Positions 11,492 through 25,273 of a stretch of DNA of 64,000 bases are shown here, in pieces. Position 1 is the first letter of the stretch, and every line of letters begins with the position of its first letter. A model generated the notes under the pieces. That model did not search any database and was not told the origin of the DNA. It saw nothing but the letters and a program-made list of their open reading frames with translations. Made by a program: the position numbers and the translations under genes. The stretch spans positions 16,988,001 through 17,052,000 of the forward strand of contig NC_043009.1 in the NCBI RefSeq assembly GCF_006345805.1. The letters are read 5' to 3'. The DNA is from Octopus sinensis. Lineage: Eukaryota.

Positions 11492-13749
11492 GATACACAG
11501 GTGAGGTGAGCGAGGAGGTGGCGAGAGGGAAAGAATTCGGTGGATGTGTGTGTAGATGCGTGTAGTGTTAGTGCTAAGTGACTGAATATAACAGGATATA
11601 TCGTTAATGCTTAGTTTAATGGTGTCTTTGTTTTTAGAAAAGTTGAAATTAACTTTAGCATGATCTAATGTCAGGAATACGAGTCTATACGCAGACCAAA
11701 AGTACCTGTTTTCGGTAATTTCCTATTTGACGTTCGTAAAAGCCTAGTGATCGAAAAAGTTTGTTCCAATTAAACATTTCATTATTGGAAGTTTTACTAC
11801 TACGAACAGTGAATAAAATGGGAATGAAAATGTTAAACTTATTTTGAACAGAGTTTCGCCAAAGGGCATTTGTGAGAATTCTTCAACAATCCAAGTCGGG
11901 TACAGCAAGCGATACAAATTGAATCCGACAAAGATCGATCGAGCCAGTGTCGTAATTGTAGGCCTTTCATTGATTATCTGCTGATCTGTATGTATTTCGT
12001 TGGGATTTACAATAAAATAAGGAACAGCTGGGTGTTCATGAGACATGCTAATCGAGATGAAATAGAATTTAAATTAAAACAAATTCGATTTTAGGAACGT
12101 CGAATAGGAAATTGCTCCTGTTCTGTCTGCTCACTGGTGTGAGGTAAGTTAATGGTTTAATAATATGACTCATCTGAAGTTCTAATATCACCCCAAATGG
12201 GATCATCTTCAATGTAAATATTGACAGAAAGGACCCCGCAAACAAATCACCTCAGATTTGTTAATTTTATTACAACAGACGTCTTTGTATTTGTATGAGC
12301 TATATAAATTTTATTGGAAAAGAATACTAAGTTTTACAATGAGTTTGCCAATTAGAATCGAGGTACTTCTGTACAAACACAATTTGTTCTCATTATAGGA
12401 ATATACTTGATTCTTGATTGAATCTCTTTTCTTATAGATGCGCTCTTGACTCAAATAAAAATCTAACACGAGTCAACGTTGGAACTTGTTCATCGTCGCT
12501 GTTTATTTGGTTAAAACCACTATCGTCTTAAGTCCAACCTTTTTTGATAGCTGTTTTACTTTTGTTAATGGAGACGACTATTGTGAATTCCGCTAAAAGA
12601 TATAGGATCAATAAACGTGAGCCTTGTTATTTAAAGAATGAACGCATGAGGCAAAGCAAGGATTCAGCTAAGGATTCGTGTACAAAGAGTGAAGATAATT
12701 CCAACGTTTGGATGATTAATTTCTGATTTCCTCTCTTCTGAAACGTTAAAATTATCTTCTCAAGATCTCTAGCTACTCTCATATGATGACCAAAAAGAAG
12801 AAAAAGAAACACAATTTGAACACTTACACTTTGATCCGACATGACTCCTTCAAATTACTTTTTCTCTACTGTTGACACACTGGTTCCAACACTTTTCTTC
12901 CAGTTTTACAGTGCAAACCAGGACATGTTCTCAAGAGACACGCTCTGTTTTCAGCAATGGTTTTTTTTTTTTTTACTAATTACATCTTTCATTTGAATCA
13001 ATTTGGTAACCTTTCAGGGTGGATTTCAACTTTGGATAGAAAGAAAAAAAGGATGCTGGTAGTTAAATCTGGAAGGATAAGCCAGCTGCAGATTGAGAGT
13101 CAACTTGCATTAAACCCCAAAAGTCATGGATAAGAATGACATGTAAGTCAATGCGTTGTTGCAGTACAGCATCTAACTTTTGTTTGTCCTTGTCCCAGAT
13201 GGCTTCCACTGCACTGCTTCTCTTAAACACCTCAGCGCATCCAAGTAAAACTCATTATTGATTGTGTGACTGTACAGAACAAACTCATGTGATCAACATT
13301 AGCATCATAGTTGAGTAACTTTGCTATACCTTTTTCGGCTGCATCGATGCGGATCCCACCCACAGGAACAACTGCCTATTGGTTTGACAGCATAGCCATA
13401 TACCTCCCTAGGCTTGCTAAAACATCAGAAAAGTCTCCATAAAGGATCATTCAAATTTGAAATATAATTTCATGCAAACCCGCTGTTTTTCTGAGTACTT
13501 CACGGCTTTAACTTGCTACGTATGATCAAACGGAGTTAATATGCAGTCCCACTAGCACAATGTCTAAATCAATAACTAACTGACATGGCTTGGTGTGGCT
13601 AATATTAGACTGGAGGTCAAGGCCATTCTTGTAGCACTACTGTTTCAAACAGGTTTTTTGGATACACATTGCACATACATATAAGTATAGAAGCATAAAT
13701 ACAAACACAAACACACATACATATGTGCATATGTACATGCACAAACATA

Positions 13750-14010
13750 CTTACATGCATCAAAAGGATCAAGGGCCCTTTCTCAAGCCATAGGTTCATA
13801 AGGTTGGTTCCCTGGATTCTGTGGAATACATATTCCCCCTGAACTGGACACTGGTCCACCACAGGATTACTCATTTTTGCCAGCTGAGTGAACTGGGGCA
13901 ACCTGAAATGAAGTGTTTCGCTCAAGAACACAACCCATCACCCGGTCCAGGGATTGAAACCACAATCTTACAATTATGAGTGCAACATCTTAACCTCTAA
14001 GCCATGTGCT
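13750..14010 (-). mobile_element. Fourth tRNA-headed SINE (core cagttcactcagctggcaaaaatgagt)
   Basis: tRNA-like head gcacatggcttagaggttaag..ggtttcaatccc. Related heads at ~7190-7330 (-) and 27190-27370 (+). Confidence 0.65.
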
Positions 14011-14091
14011 TACACACACACACAAGTATGTACATACATGCATGCATGCATGCATACATACATACATACATACATACATACATACATACAT

Positions 14092-14530
14092 AATAAAAAG
14101 GAGTACTGGTGGAATGTTCCGGTGAAGACCTCAATAAAATGTAAGCACAACAGACCTGATATGATTTGGGATAGAGAAGAGAAACTGTGCCCAGTTGTGG
14201 AAATTAGCTGCCCAGCGGATATTAACATAGAGCTGAAGATAAGTGAAAAAGAGAACACCTTTGCTGAACTACTGAGGAATCTGCACTTACTCTATCCAGA
14301 TTACAAGCTCAGGTTTATACCTGTAATTATTGGGGCCCTGGGATATGTAACGCACTACCTAAATATCAATCTTGAGAAATTAGGCTTCTCAAAACCAGAA
14401 AGGAGATTATTGGGGCACTGAGTTACTTAACTAGCTACCTCAGTACCAATTTGAAGAAGTTGGCCTTCCTGAAACCAAAAAGGATACAGCTAAATGGGAA
14501 ATTGCTAATCATTAATTGGACCGTGAAAAT
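14092..14530 (+). mobile_element. Restriction-like endonuclease domain fragment of an R4/NeSL-type non-LTR element
   Basis: WWNVPVKTSIKCKHNRPDMIWDREEKLCPVVEISCPADIN..EKEN..LRFIPVIIGALG contains the PD-(D/E)xK-type RLE motif. Confidence 0.8.
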
Positions 14531-15639
14531 ATATAACATTCTGCATGTATATGTACCAATACATAAAAGTTGTTCAGGTTAAATTTGAAGATCCTTTTTT
14601 TTTCTTTTTCAAGAAAAGCTTGATGTATTGATGAACAGTCAATGGTTTTGGAAAGCATAGTGATTAAAATTGTAGTTGAGAAAAAGTCAGCTGACGTGGA
14701 GGACTGGAAAATTGGAAAAGAGTTACCTGTATCATGATGATTCATGCAAGGTATCAAAATGCAGGCACCATTTGCTCAGTGCTCTGTGAACACTGAAAAG
14801 GCTGTAAGACAAGGCATAGACAGATGCAATGGAGACTACATGGCCATAGCCAGCAGGAAGGGACACAGCAGATGTTCATCCAACAATTCATATGCCTGAG
14901 TGAGACGGTTGGAGACTGTTGTCAAATCTTGGATGGAAAAGGTTGCTGAACACTCACTGCTTACCCTGTATACTCAGTATTATATCAAGTAAAACTACTC
15001 CCTGAATGTCACAAGAATGTTGTATTGTATGATTTTGTCTTTGTTGTTTCACATTTAGACCATTCTTCCAGAAGTGGAACACTGAGAAACTCTGCTATTG
15101 GAAGGTTGTGGATTATTTTTCTTTACTGGAGAATGATGAGCAGAAAAAAGTTCTTTTCATATTCCATGGTAGGCAACCAGAGTCACTGAACTTGCAAAAA
15201 AGAATACAAGAGTTATGGAATGGAGTAGGAAAAATCCGGGCTACATATGTTTCATAGTTAGTGGAACCTTAGAAGTGGTAAACTCTAAGTGAGGTGTATG
15301 CCACCAGCTACTCTTCAGGCCAAGGATATCTTGATTAGGTTAAAGGCTATGTTGTCACAAGGAGGTACATATTGATGCAAAGACAATTCAATCAGAATGT
15401 CATATATATATATAATTTATATTAAGATTTTTATTTTTGTATTCTCATCTTATATGTATTGAATTATAATGTATATATGTATGTTATTAAGGTTTTCGTT
15501 TTTGTTAAATAAATAAGTCAACATTCTAATATCCTAAAGCTGATGAACCAACTAAATTATTTCTCCATTTTCTTATTTGTATTACATATGTGTGTGTGTG
15601 TGTGTGTGTGTGCATATTATTTATTTAAAGGACACAATA

Positions 15640-16620
15640 CATGTCTTTCATATCTCAAACATATTCTTCAGGCACAAACCTATACTGAGACAATGGTTTG
15701 GATATTTCCCATGGGTGTGGTGGTCACACTCTTGATAGATTTAGAAAGGAACTTATTTCTATCTTTAGCCTTAAAATCACAGTAGCTATTAATCTATTTG
15801 ATTATTTAGATGTTTCCGTAGATCTGAACTCCTCGTCATATAAACCTTTCCATAAGCTTAATGAGAAACTGGCATATATACATAAACAGTCTTGTCACCC
15901 TCCAGTAATATTTAAAAACCTGATAGCTAATATTAGTAATAAAGTGTCTAACCTCTTCCTCTAAAAACTTTTTCAAGAAAGCTGCCCCTATTCTAACAAT
16001 GCCATTGCCAATAGTGGCTTCAAAGACAAATTAATATATAATCCTTCTAATGGTAATCAAAATATTAATAATAGATTTAGTGTCATCAAAAATAAAGTTA
16101 TGCATAACTCCTCTAGTATTAATCAGAAGAATAATAAGAAAAATAATAAGCCAAGGAAAATCATTTGGTTCGTTGCTCTTTTTTTCCCTTAATATAAAAA
16201 CTAACATTGCTAAAAGATTCCTGTCACTCCTAGACAAACACTTTCCAGCCATTCACAGATACAGGAAAATATTTAATAGGTGTTCTGTGAAATTGTCATA
16301 TAGCTGCTGCTCCACTATGAAGAGTTTCATTACACGTGGTCAATACTAAGAGCCTAAATCCAGTTGCAACTGTCACAGTCCAGGATCCTGTCCACTTGAC
16401 CAACGATGTATGATTAAATCCATCATATATGAGACAGATGTTACTGAAACTCTAAATAATAATACAACAGATAAAATCTCTATTGGATTATATGAAGGAG
16501 AATTTAAAAATCGCTATGCCAATTACACAACCTCCTTCTGATATAAGGACAAAAGCAAAGCTACTAAGTTGGCTATCATACATATGAAGTTTGAAAGATA
16601 ACGTAACACCACATGTGACT
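15640..16620 (+). mobile_element. Penelope-like element remnant (RT C-terminus plus GIY-YIG)
   Basis: Broken frames give DYLDVSVDLNSSSYKPFHK..YIHKQSCHPP, KIIWF..FSLNIKTNIAKRFLSLLDKHFP..KIFNRCSVKLSYSC, SCNCHSPGSCPLDQRCMIKSIIYE and IGL.EGEFKNRY, all characteristic of PLE ORFs. Confidence 0.85.
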
Positions 16621-17565
16621 AGATGATTTCCTTGGTCATATTGGCGATATGAGGGCGGGCGTTGTCGTGCAGCAGAAGAACTCTATGCTGCCGATTAGTT
16701 CTTTTCTCTTGAATAGCCGTGTTGAATCGTTCCATCTGTTGAGCATAGAGTTCCGCGTCGACCATTTGGTTCTGTTCAAGCAATTCGGAATGGATAATCT
16801 CTTCCCAGTCCCACCATACTCACAACATCGTTTTACGCGGATGAAGATCTTGTTTCACTTGCAGTGTCGCTTGTTTACCGGGGCTAAGCCATTCCTTACA
16901 TTCTTTATATTGATGTACAGGCACCATTTATCACTGCCAGTAACGATTCAGTAAAGAAATTGTTGCTTGTGTCCATAAGTTGGGCGGTGATGAGCAAGCA
17001 AGCCAGCGGAGATTGTGGCTCGTTGATTTTTGTTGTTGTCACTTAAAGCATGCGGAACTCATGCTTCACACTTCTGAACCTTTCCCATCGAGTGAAGATG
17101 CTTCTGTATAGCTGTGTGGGAGCTTTCCATTTTCTCTGCCAGTTCTCTTGTCGTGTGACGAGAATTTTCGTGCAAAAGTTGGTTTAATCGCTCTTCATCG
17201 AACTCAACTGGACGGCCAGAACGAGATGCGTCTTTGAGGTAAAAATTTCCATTTTTGAACTTGGCATACCAATCACGAGCGGTTCTTCCAGCTATGGCAC
17301 CCTCTCCATATACAGCTTTTGTGGCCTTAGAACCTTGATTAAAAGCAAAAGGAAGGAGGTGTCGAAAATGCTCGTTTTTCTTAACTTAACATTCCATTTT
17401 AATGATCTGAAAATAAACAAAAATTAACTAGAAAAACAAACAAACAAAATATATTCCAAAATGATTCAAAAATAGAATTCGCGAAAAAAATAGATTCCAA
17501 AATTTAAAGCTGCAATAAATTCCAAAATTTAAAAAAGCTGCGGGAACTTAGTTGCCAACCCAATA
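16621..17565 (-). mobile_element. Mariner transposon, 3'-truncated, transposase pseudogene
   Basis: ATG at 17397. Peptides include EHFRHLL.FAFNQG, SRSGRPVEFDEERL, *VPHALS (WVPHEL motif), IVTGSDKWCLY, HPRKTML*VWWDW and LLLHDNARPH. One TIR, TATTGGGTTGGCAACTAAGTTCCCGC, at ~17540-17565. There are stops and frameshifts; the YSPDL motif and second TIR are absent. Confidence 0.92.
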
Positions 17566-19699
17566 CATATTTGCTCAGTCTGTTTGAAATGGTAGACAAG
17601 TCTCCCTGAGCCCGCAGCCTATCATCTTGAGAATGGAAATGACTCATTATATAATGTTGTTCTAGCTCAGCTTAATGCGAAACTCTGAGTAGACAATCAC
17701 CTTTTTATATATTAAAGATATCCATCGCCTCTGCGCAATGTAACGAATTCTATATCAAAAATTTTTATATTTCATAGAATATAATTTTGATGTATTTTTT
17801 CACCTTCTATATTGCCACACATACGCACGCACACGCGCGAACAAACAAACACGCAAGTACAGCTGTTTTATTTAAATTACGATATGAATACCCTGGCTCA
17901 GTGCTTACTGAAAGCCAGACTTTATGTGATCAAGAAAGAAAACTCTTTAGAACTTTATGAAAGTTACTTCCCTTGCCTGAGTTTTCACAAGACGAACATG
18001 GCGCTAGGTTGGCAGGTCTTCAATTCTTCTAATATTATAATACAAGAGGAAATATGATTTTTCTGAAAGCAAAATCTAGAATGTACCCACTTTCCGACAG
18101 AAAACTGATGTTCAAAAGGTCTTCTTAGTATGTTAGGGGCCCAATGAAAATGAAGAGTGACGGGAGGTGCTTTAGATATGTCTACCATTACCACAGTTGT
18201 GGGAGGGAGATCGATAAAGCTGACGTAATCGACTGATTTACACTAAAATTGCTGGTCTTGTATTGAAATTAGAAAGTATTATAACTGTATCTTTTATCTT
18301 TTTTTTTTATTTGTTGCAGTCATTAGAGCGCGGTCATGCTGGGGCACTGCCTCGAAGAATTTTAGTCGAGTGAATCAATCCCAGTTCTTTCTTTTAAGCC
18401 TGGCACTTATTTTGCTGAACTGCTAAGTTACAGGGATGTAAACACACCAACACCAACTGTCAAATAGTAGTGGGGATAACCCCCCCCCCACACACACCAT
18501 GTTGTTGGGAAGCAGACTTATCACCACGCAGCCATGCCAATGCTTACAGTTGACTTCTTTTATATTTTTATTGATATCTTGGTTACCTTAAAGGTAACTT
18601 TAATTGATCTCAGTACTTGAATGGTATTTTATTTTACTGACCCAGGAAAGATAGAAAACGAAGGGAACATCAGCAGGATTTTAACTCAGAACATGGAGAC
18701 TTATTACTAAATACTGACAATAATTTAGTCTGATGCTCCACCTTACTAAAGGTGGGCCTCGGTACTAAAGGTGAAAAAAAAGAAGAAAGTCAGAGGTCTA
18801 TTTGACTGATGTATTCGAGAGTGTCTATACTATTAATAAAATATTGTAGATATGGAACTTTCAACAGAAATATCACAGAATACTGGTGAAGCGAGTTTAA
18901 ATCAAATGAAAATTGACTTTGCTTCAGAATAAGTTCAATTATATCTTTACTATAAGTCATCACACTGTTTTGACATTGTAAATACCTATAGTAGTAAAGT
19001 TGGTAGTATATATTAGTTGTAGTCGTGTATAGTAATGCAGTGCATATAGTTGTGATAGAGATGTACATTAGTACTGTATAATAACGTAGTATGTACTATG
19101 GTTGTGATGATGGTGTATGCTAGTCGTGTAACTAAGATCATTACTCTCCACTCACTGCTTTTGTATGTCAACTACTATAGGTGCAAGCATGACTGTGTGG
19201 TAAGAAGCTTGCTTCCCAACCACATGGTTTCAGGTTCAGTCCCACTGCATGGCAACATGGGTAAGTGTTTTCTACTATAGGTTCAGGCTGACCAAAGTCT
19301 TGTGAGCGGATTTGGTAGACGGAAACTGAAAGAAGACCGTTGTGTGTGTGTACGTGTGTGTGTATGTTTGTTGGAGAATTTACATCCTCATAACTTAGTG
19401 GTTTGGCAAAGAGACCAATAGAATAAGTTCTCGGCTTAAAGAAGCAGCAAAAGATTAAGTACCCAGGGGTGTCGATTCATTGCACTAAAAACATTCTCGA
19501 ACGCAGTGTGCCCCAGCATAAAACAAGCAAAAGATGAAAAGTGGTGGTGGTGGTAGATATTAGCCTTGGTAGTGTATGATACTGCAGTGTGTACTAATTG
19601 TGATGTGCTATATTAGATATAATGTTGATGTATGTTAGTTGTGTAGAGTAATATAGTGTGTGCAAGTTGAGATTGATGATGATGGTATGTAATGGTTCC

Positions 19700-20165
19700 A
19701 AATTTTGGCACCAGGCCAGTAATATTGGGGGCAGGACTAAGTTGATTAAATCGACTCCAGTGCTCAACTGGTGCTTCTTTTATCAACCCTGAAAGGATGA
19801 AAAGCAAAGTCGACCTCAGTGGAATTTGAACTCAGACTGTAAAGATGGATAAAATGCCCCTAAGCATTTTGCCCAGCATGCTAACAAATTTAGTCTGATG
19901 CTTCACCTTACTGAAGGTGGGCCTCTGTACTAAAGGTGAAAAAAAAAGAAGAAAGTCAAAGGTCTGAAATTCTTAGCGGTATTTCGTCTGCGTTATGTTG
20001 TGAGTTCAAATTCCACCGAGGTCGACTTTGCCTTTCATCCTTTCAGGGTCGATAAATTAAGTATCAGTTACGCACTGGGGTCGATGTAATCGACTTAATA
20101 CCTATGTCTGTCCTTGTTTGTCCCCTCTGTGTTTAGCCCCTTGTGGGTAATAAAGAAATAGGTAT
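19700..20165. mobile_element. Head-to-head pair of family C SINEs
   Basis: Minus copy at ~19700-19886 and plus copy at ~19966-20165. Other family C copies lie at ~10580-10680, 24940-25125, 30720-30920, 32865-32990, 33300-33520, 44770-44975, 45040-45165, 48470-48625, 58655-58830 and 63820-63900. Confidence 0.8.
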
Positions 20166-21099
20166 ATACTAACTGTAGTTGTGTACAGTGTTAGCGAGTG
20201 TAGTGTGTTCTAGCTGCGATGGTCTATAATGGAAGAAATGATATACAGAGTATAGAGGAAGTGTTTCAGAGTACAAGGTGAACATTATGAGGGATGAAAT
20301 GGTACTCTAACACCACCTCTTATATAAGGTGTGTTAGTGGTCTGTTTATTGTGGTATATCAGAATTGGCACCTCTTCAACTCTTTGCCACTTCATTAGTA
20401 TTGCCATGCTACAATAACCAGCACTGCCGCTACCATCACTTAGCGCACTCTAACACAATTACAGCTGCTACTATTCAATCAAAGCCCTGCTACTCCTTGA
20501 TACTCCTACATAACAACTACTATAACCAACATCATTACATTCCTCTTTTTACTTTTGTACATCAACTACTATGATTGCTACCACTACTTACCTATGCTCC
20601 TATGTATTAATTACTTTAGCTTATACTCCCCTATACTCTTACATACTCCTAAATACTACAATAATTACCACTGCTATTTTTCTATAGTCTTGCCAACTTA
20701 TTATTCCATCTTCTCTAAAAATGACTACATTCGTTATTCAGCTTCTATAACTACCTGCATACTGCTCATATGCTCTGCTTCCAGGTAATCAGGGCAGGGT
20801 GAGTTCAGTACCTTGTATCAATCAGTGAATACCAACTTTTCTCTCGTCAGTTTCGAAACTGATGCTACTAGTAATTCCACATTGTAAACAAACTATCGGG
20901 ACTCTTGCAATAAAAATTTCACTGTTAACCATAAAGTGAGAGAGAGAGAGAGGGAGAAACAGAGAGAGAGAGAGAGAGGGGGAAACAGAGAGAGAGAGAG
21001 AGCATATACTAGACGCATTATACATGTCCTTATTTCACAAAAGAGACTATTCTACAAGAACTGGAGACCAAATGATGACCAATAAGTAAATAAAAAATA

Positions 21100-21620
21100 C
21101 TGCAATAAGATTAGACAGCTGTGTGCTTTTTTTAAAGAGCCATGTAGTGCAGAATAGCACTAGGAAGATAGAAAATACTGATAGAAGGCATTAAAAAAAG
21201 ATATGGGTAGGGTGTTTAAGTAAGGTTATAATAAAAAGACAAAAGTATACAGCAGTGTCCATGGGCCTCATAAGCTTTTCAGGACAAAGTGATGCTGGTA
21301 ATGCTTTGTGCAAGCTTGTGAGTTGACATCTTCAGAAAAAAGTTGACCAAAGAAGGAATTTCAGAAGGCTGACATTCTAGGTGGGGAAGAGCTGGTAATA
21401 GGCATCAGTATGGGCCTGGTGATGTTGAACATAACCTGGATGATGAGAGGTAAAATAAGTGAGTCAGGTGTACTTGAGTGGAGATAGCATGAGACCAATC
21501 AACTCTGAGGAGCAGAGGCCATTGTAATTTCAGAGAGGCATCATGTCTCTGGAACAGAGAGAGAAAGTATCTTTATAAGTGACTTTAAATTGATCACTGG
21601 AGTGGTTTTGCCCTAGATAT
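21100..21620 (-). mobile_element. CR1/Crack-like LINE 3' remnant
   Basis: Minus strand YNGLCSSELIGL followed by a degenerate S-F-F-P-R..LW-like stretch; heavily decayed. Confidence 0.45.
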
Positions 21621-22793
21621 AGTCTAGAATACCAAGAATACCAAAGTTATCAGGTGAAAATTACACAATCAACTTGATGGTATTAATAATTTTATCACCA
21701 AGATTATTAGTGTGAATTATTCATGTGGTCAGTTTTAGCATTAGACTACAGGACGGTTAATTTTAAAACATATTCATTTATACTGAATTTACTGTAATGG
21801 AGTCAAAAAAGAATTGAATGTAGAACATGGAGTAAATAATTCTGTTATACATCAGCTCGACCAGTCATCATCATTATTTAATGTCCACTTTTCATGCTGG
21901 TATGGGTAAGATAGTTTGACTGGAGCTGTTAAGCTGGGGGCTACACCAGGCCCCATGTGTCTGTTTTGGCTTGGTTTCTATGGCTGAATGCCCTTCCCTA
22001 ACACCATCCATTCCACAGTGTGTACTGGGTGTCTTTACATGTCACCAGCATGGGTGCCTTTTATGTATCCCTGTCAAAGGTGCATTTTATGTGTCACCAG
22101 TAGGGAACTCTTTCACATGTCACCAGCACTGGTCAAACTTATTCTCAAAGCTTTTATGCCACACCTATGTTCCCTATGGCAAGGAATTTTTATAACCTAT
22201 ATTTATATTTATGTGAACTGAACCTATGATCCACTCTCACCTCAGTTTACCAGGTATTCGATGGTTCCACTCTTTCTCTCTGTTTTACCTTGTGCACTCT
22301 AAATACTTTTACTCCCAGCTCATCTTTTGCATACAGCCACTCACCTATAATATCTCAAACTGAATTACCCACATTCGGATTTTCTCGTTAACCTATGGAG
22401 ATTCTACGTACACACATTTTAATCATATACTGTAAATATATGCATACATTAGATAGACATAATTGTTCTAGGTTTTATGAGGTGGAGGTAATTCATTACA
22501 GAATGCTAATCCTCTCAAAGGATTAAGTTGACCCATCCAACCCATGCCAGCATAGAAATACAGATATAAAGATGACGACGACGACAACGACGACGATGAT
22601 GATGATGATGATGTTGATGATGATGATGACAACAATGATAATGGTGGTGGTGATTATGATGATGGTGATAATGATATGATTATTCTTTATATATGTATTT
22701 GTAATAATTCAAAATTAACTCATTTATCCCGATGGCTTTGGAAAGTTCATGTGCATGGCCTTACATTCACAGAGTTAAGAAAAACATTAAACA

Positions 22794-22824
<31 letters not shown>

Positions 22825-25273
22825 AACACACACATATACACACACATAAACACGCACACACACACCAAACTATACATACATACACACACACATGCACACC
22901 ACATACACAAACACAGGTACACACACAAATCAATAAAAAAAAACAGCCTCTCCAGTGTGTGCAGCCAATTGGAAACATCAGGTTGACTCAGGGAATGTTC
23001 TCTGTAATCTTACTAAACTCTGGCACCCATTAATGCTGTAGGGACTCCTTAGATTCAAAAGTTTTTGCATTGAAAGAACCAACATTAAAACAACAGATAA
23101 AAGTTTCAGTTGTAATGAAACGAAACTTTGGTGGTGACCTTGCTTGCAACCCAACTCAAACATGACCAACACACCAGAACATGACTACAGTATGATCTAG
23201 TTTAGTCAAACAAATATGAAAGCACACATACACATTCTCATTCACGCACACACACGCACACACACACACACACACACGCACGCACACACACACACGCACA
23301 CGCACACACACACACACGCACACACACAAATACATGCATGCATATATATGCACACATGTAGTTGTAATGTTACTATTCACTGTAGGTTTAAACTTTTGTT
23401 TGTTTTTAACCATCTTTGATAAATCTTGGAGAATGCAGGCAGCCATTCCTTGGTTACTTTGCCCATCATAACTTCTCCCTCTTTGAGAGACTTTAATCAC
23501 AAGCGAGACACAAAGCAGAACAAGATCGACACATTGTGGCCTCACCAATTCACTGCAACAGCCAATTAACAAACATCTACTGTGTGAAAAATTTCACCAG
23601 TGATTCAGCGCCAGATGTTAGCATATCCTTTAACGTCCTTCACTTTTCTTTGATTGGCCACTTCTGTAGCCTGTATTTATTGAAGTAGATTTAGCTATGG
23701 AAACCTAACAGTAACATAACAACATTAGATATGTGGTGCAGTTTTGGACATTATTCTTCTTAACTCAATTCCTTTTCACTTTTGCAGGCAGAGATCCATT
23801 TGTAAAACGTAGGCAAGGAATAAACAGGATTTCTGAAAGAATGAAGAATGTTGATTGTTCTGAACATATTTCTATTAACGAGATTTCATGACTGTGTTAT
23901 GGAAATAGTATTATGTTGAAAATTTGTACGAAGATCAATAAGCGACTGATAGATGAAGGAAATTTTCTGGTAGACTTTCTCAATTACAGACAGGATTGTC
24001 TAATTTCAATTCAATGTGTCAATTGTACCATAACTAGGAAACTGAAGATTTCAGCAAAGATCCAAGATGTTCAAAAAGAACAGTTGCATTGATGTTGTTA
24101 CTGTTATTTCTGTTTGTGTTATGTGTGTGTATTTTATTTATTTATCCTCAAATACTTTTATTGATAAAGATAAGTTCAAAGAATTTACTGAAAGTAGTGT
24201 TCAGAGATGGAGAGAAGCCGACTTGGTCAGGGAAAAGGAGGAGGTTGTTTATCTTTGCAGATTAAGAGATTAATGAGAAAAATTTTTATTGTCAGGAGAT
24301 CTTTGGAACTGGAAGCTAAAAGACAATCAAAGTTATCTTGAATGTTCCACAAGATGGTAAAGAAAACAAAAGAGAAACCAATATTAGTTTCTCTTTCCAA
24401 CTCTACAGTGGATTGATTGGAACAGATCAAAACTACTTGGTAACCACAACAATAGCTACAACAACCTTATCAGTGAGAGAACATAGTTGCTTGACCTGCT
24501 AGAGGTATCAACCAAATTTTCCTTAAATCACACTCACTTATCTTGGAAAAGAGGATGCATTGGCTAATGTATTCCTAGAAACTTCTAAAAATACCCGATG
24601 GTTCTGGTTGAAATGTTTTTATGATAGAGAAGCTTGATCAGGGCTGATTTGGAACTGAATAACAACAACAACAACACGATGAAGGAAGTACTTGAACTCA
24701 CTTAGTGTAGCTGCCAACTCTAAAATGGAGAAAATTCATTTAAGTCTTCAAAATTCAGGACATTATCCTTTACAATTAGACAGAATGACTGTGGTTAGAA
24801 TGGTTGAACCACCTTATGTCTATACGTCCATTGAAATGGACAGTTCGATGGTTGACAAACTGTGAGTGGAAAATTATTAACTATGTTGAACTAACTAAAG
24901 TTATTCAACAACTACTACTATACTGGTTTGGTATTTTGGCACAAGGCCAGCCATTTCGGGGAGAAATAAGTTGATTGCATCGAGCCCAGTGCTCAACTGG
25001 AACTTATTTTATCAGCCCTGAAAGGATAAAAGGTAAAGTTGACCTCAGTGGAGTTTGAACTCAGAACATAAAGACGGATGAGATGTTACTAAGCATTTTG
25101 CCTTGTGTGCTAATGGTTCTGCCAGTGAACAACAATAACCTTTGTGAAAGAGCTGCTACCATGACCACAGCTACCACCATCACCACTATGACCATGACCA
25201 CAACCAAGACGATGACAAACCCTCCCCCCCCCCCACCACCACTCGCACAATCAATACTTAAAAATAGTAGCCA

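Noticed and set aside
11744-12046. 100-aa minus-strand ORF with an upstream acceptor-like AG
   Set aside because: No recognisable domain and no partner exons were found. It overlaps the presumed promoter block, so it is left uncalled.
12560-15400. Possible decayed piggyBac or other transposase
   Set aside because: Only vague motif echoes (KFEI, scattered Cys) amid many stops; not supportable by eye.
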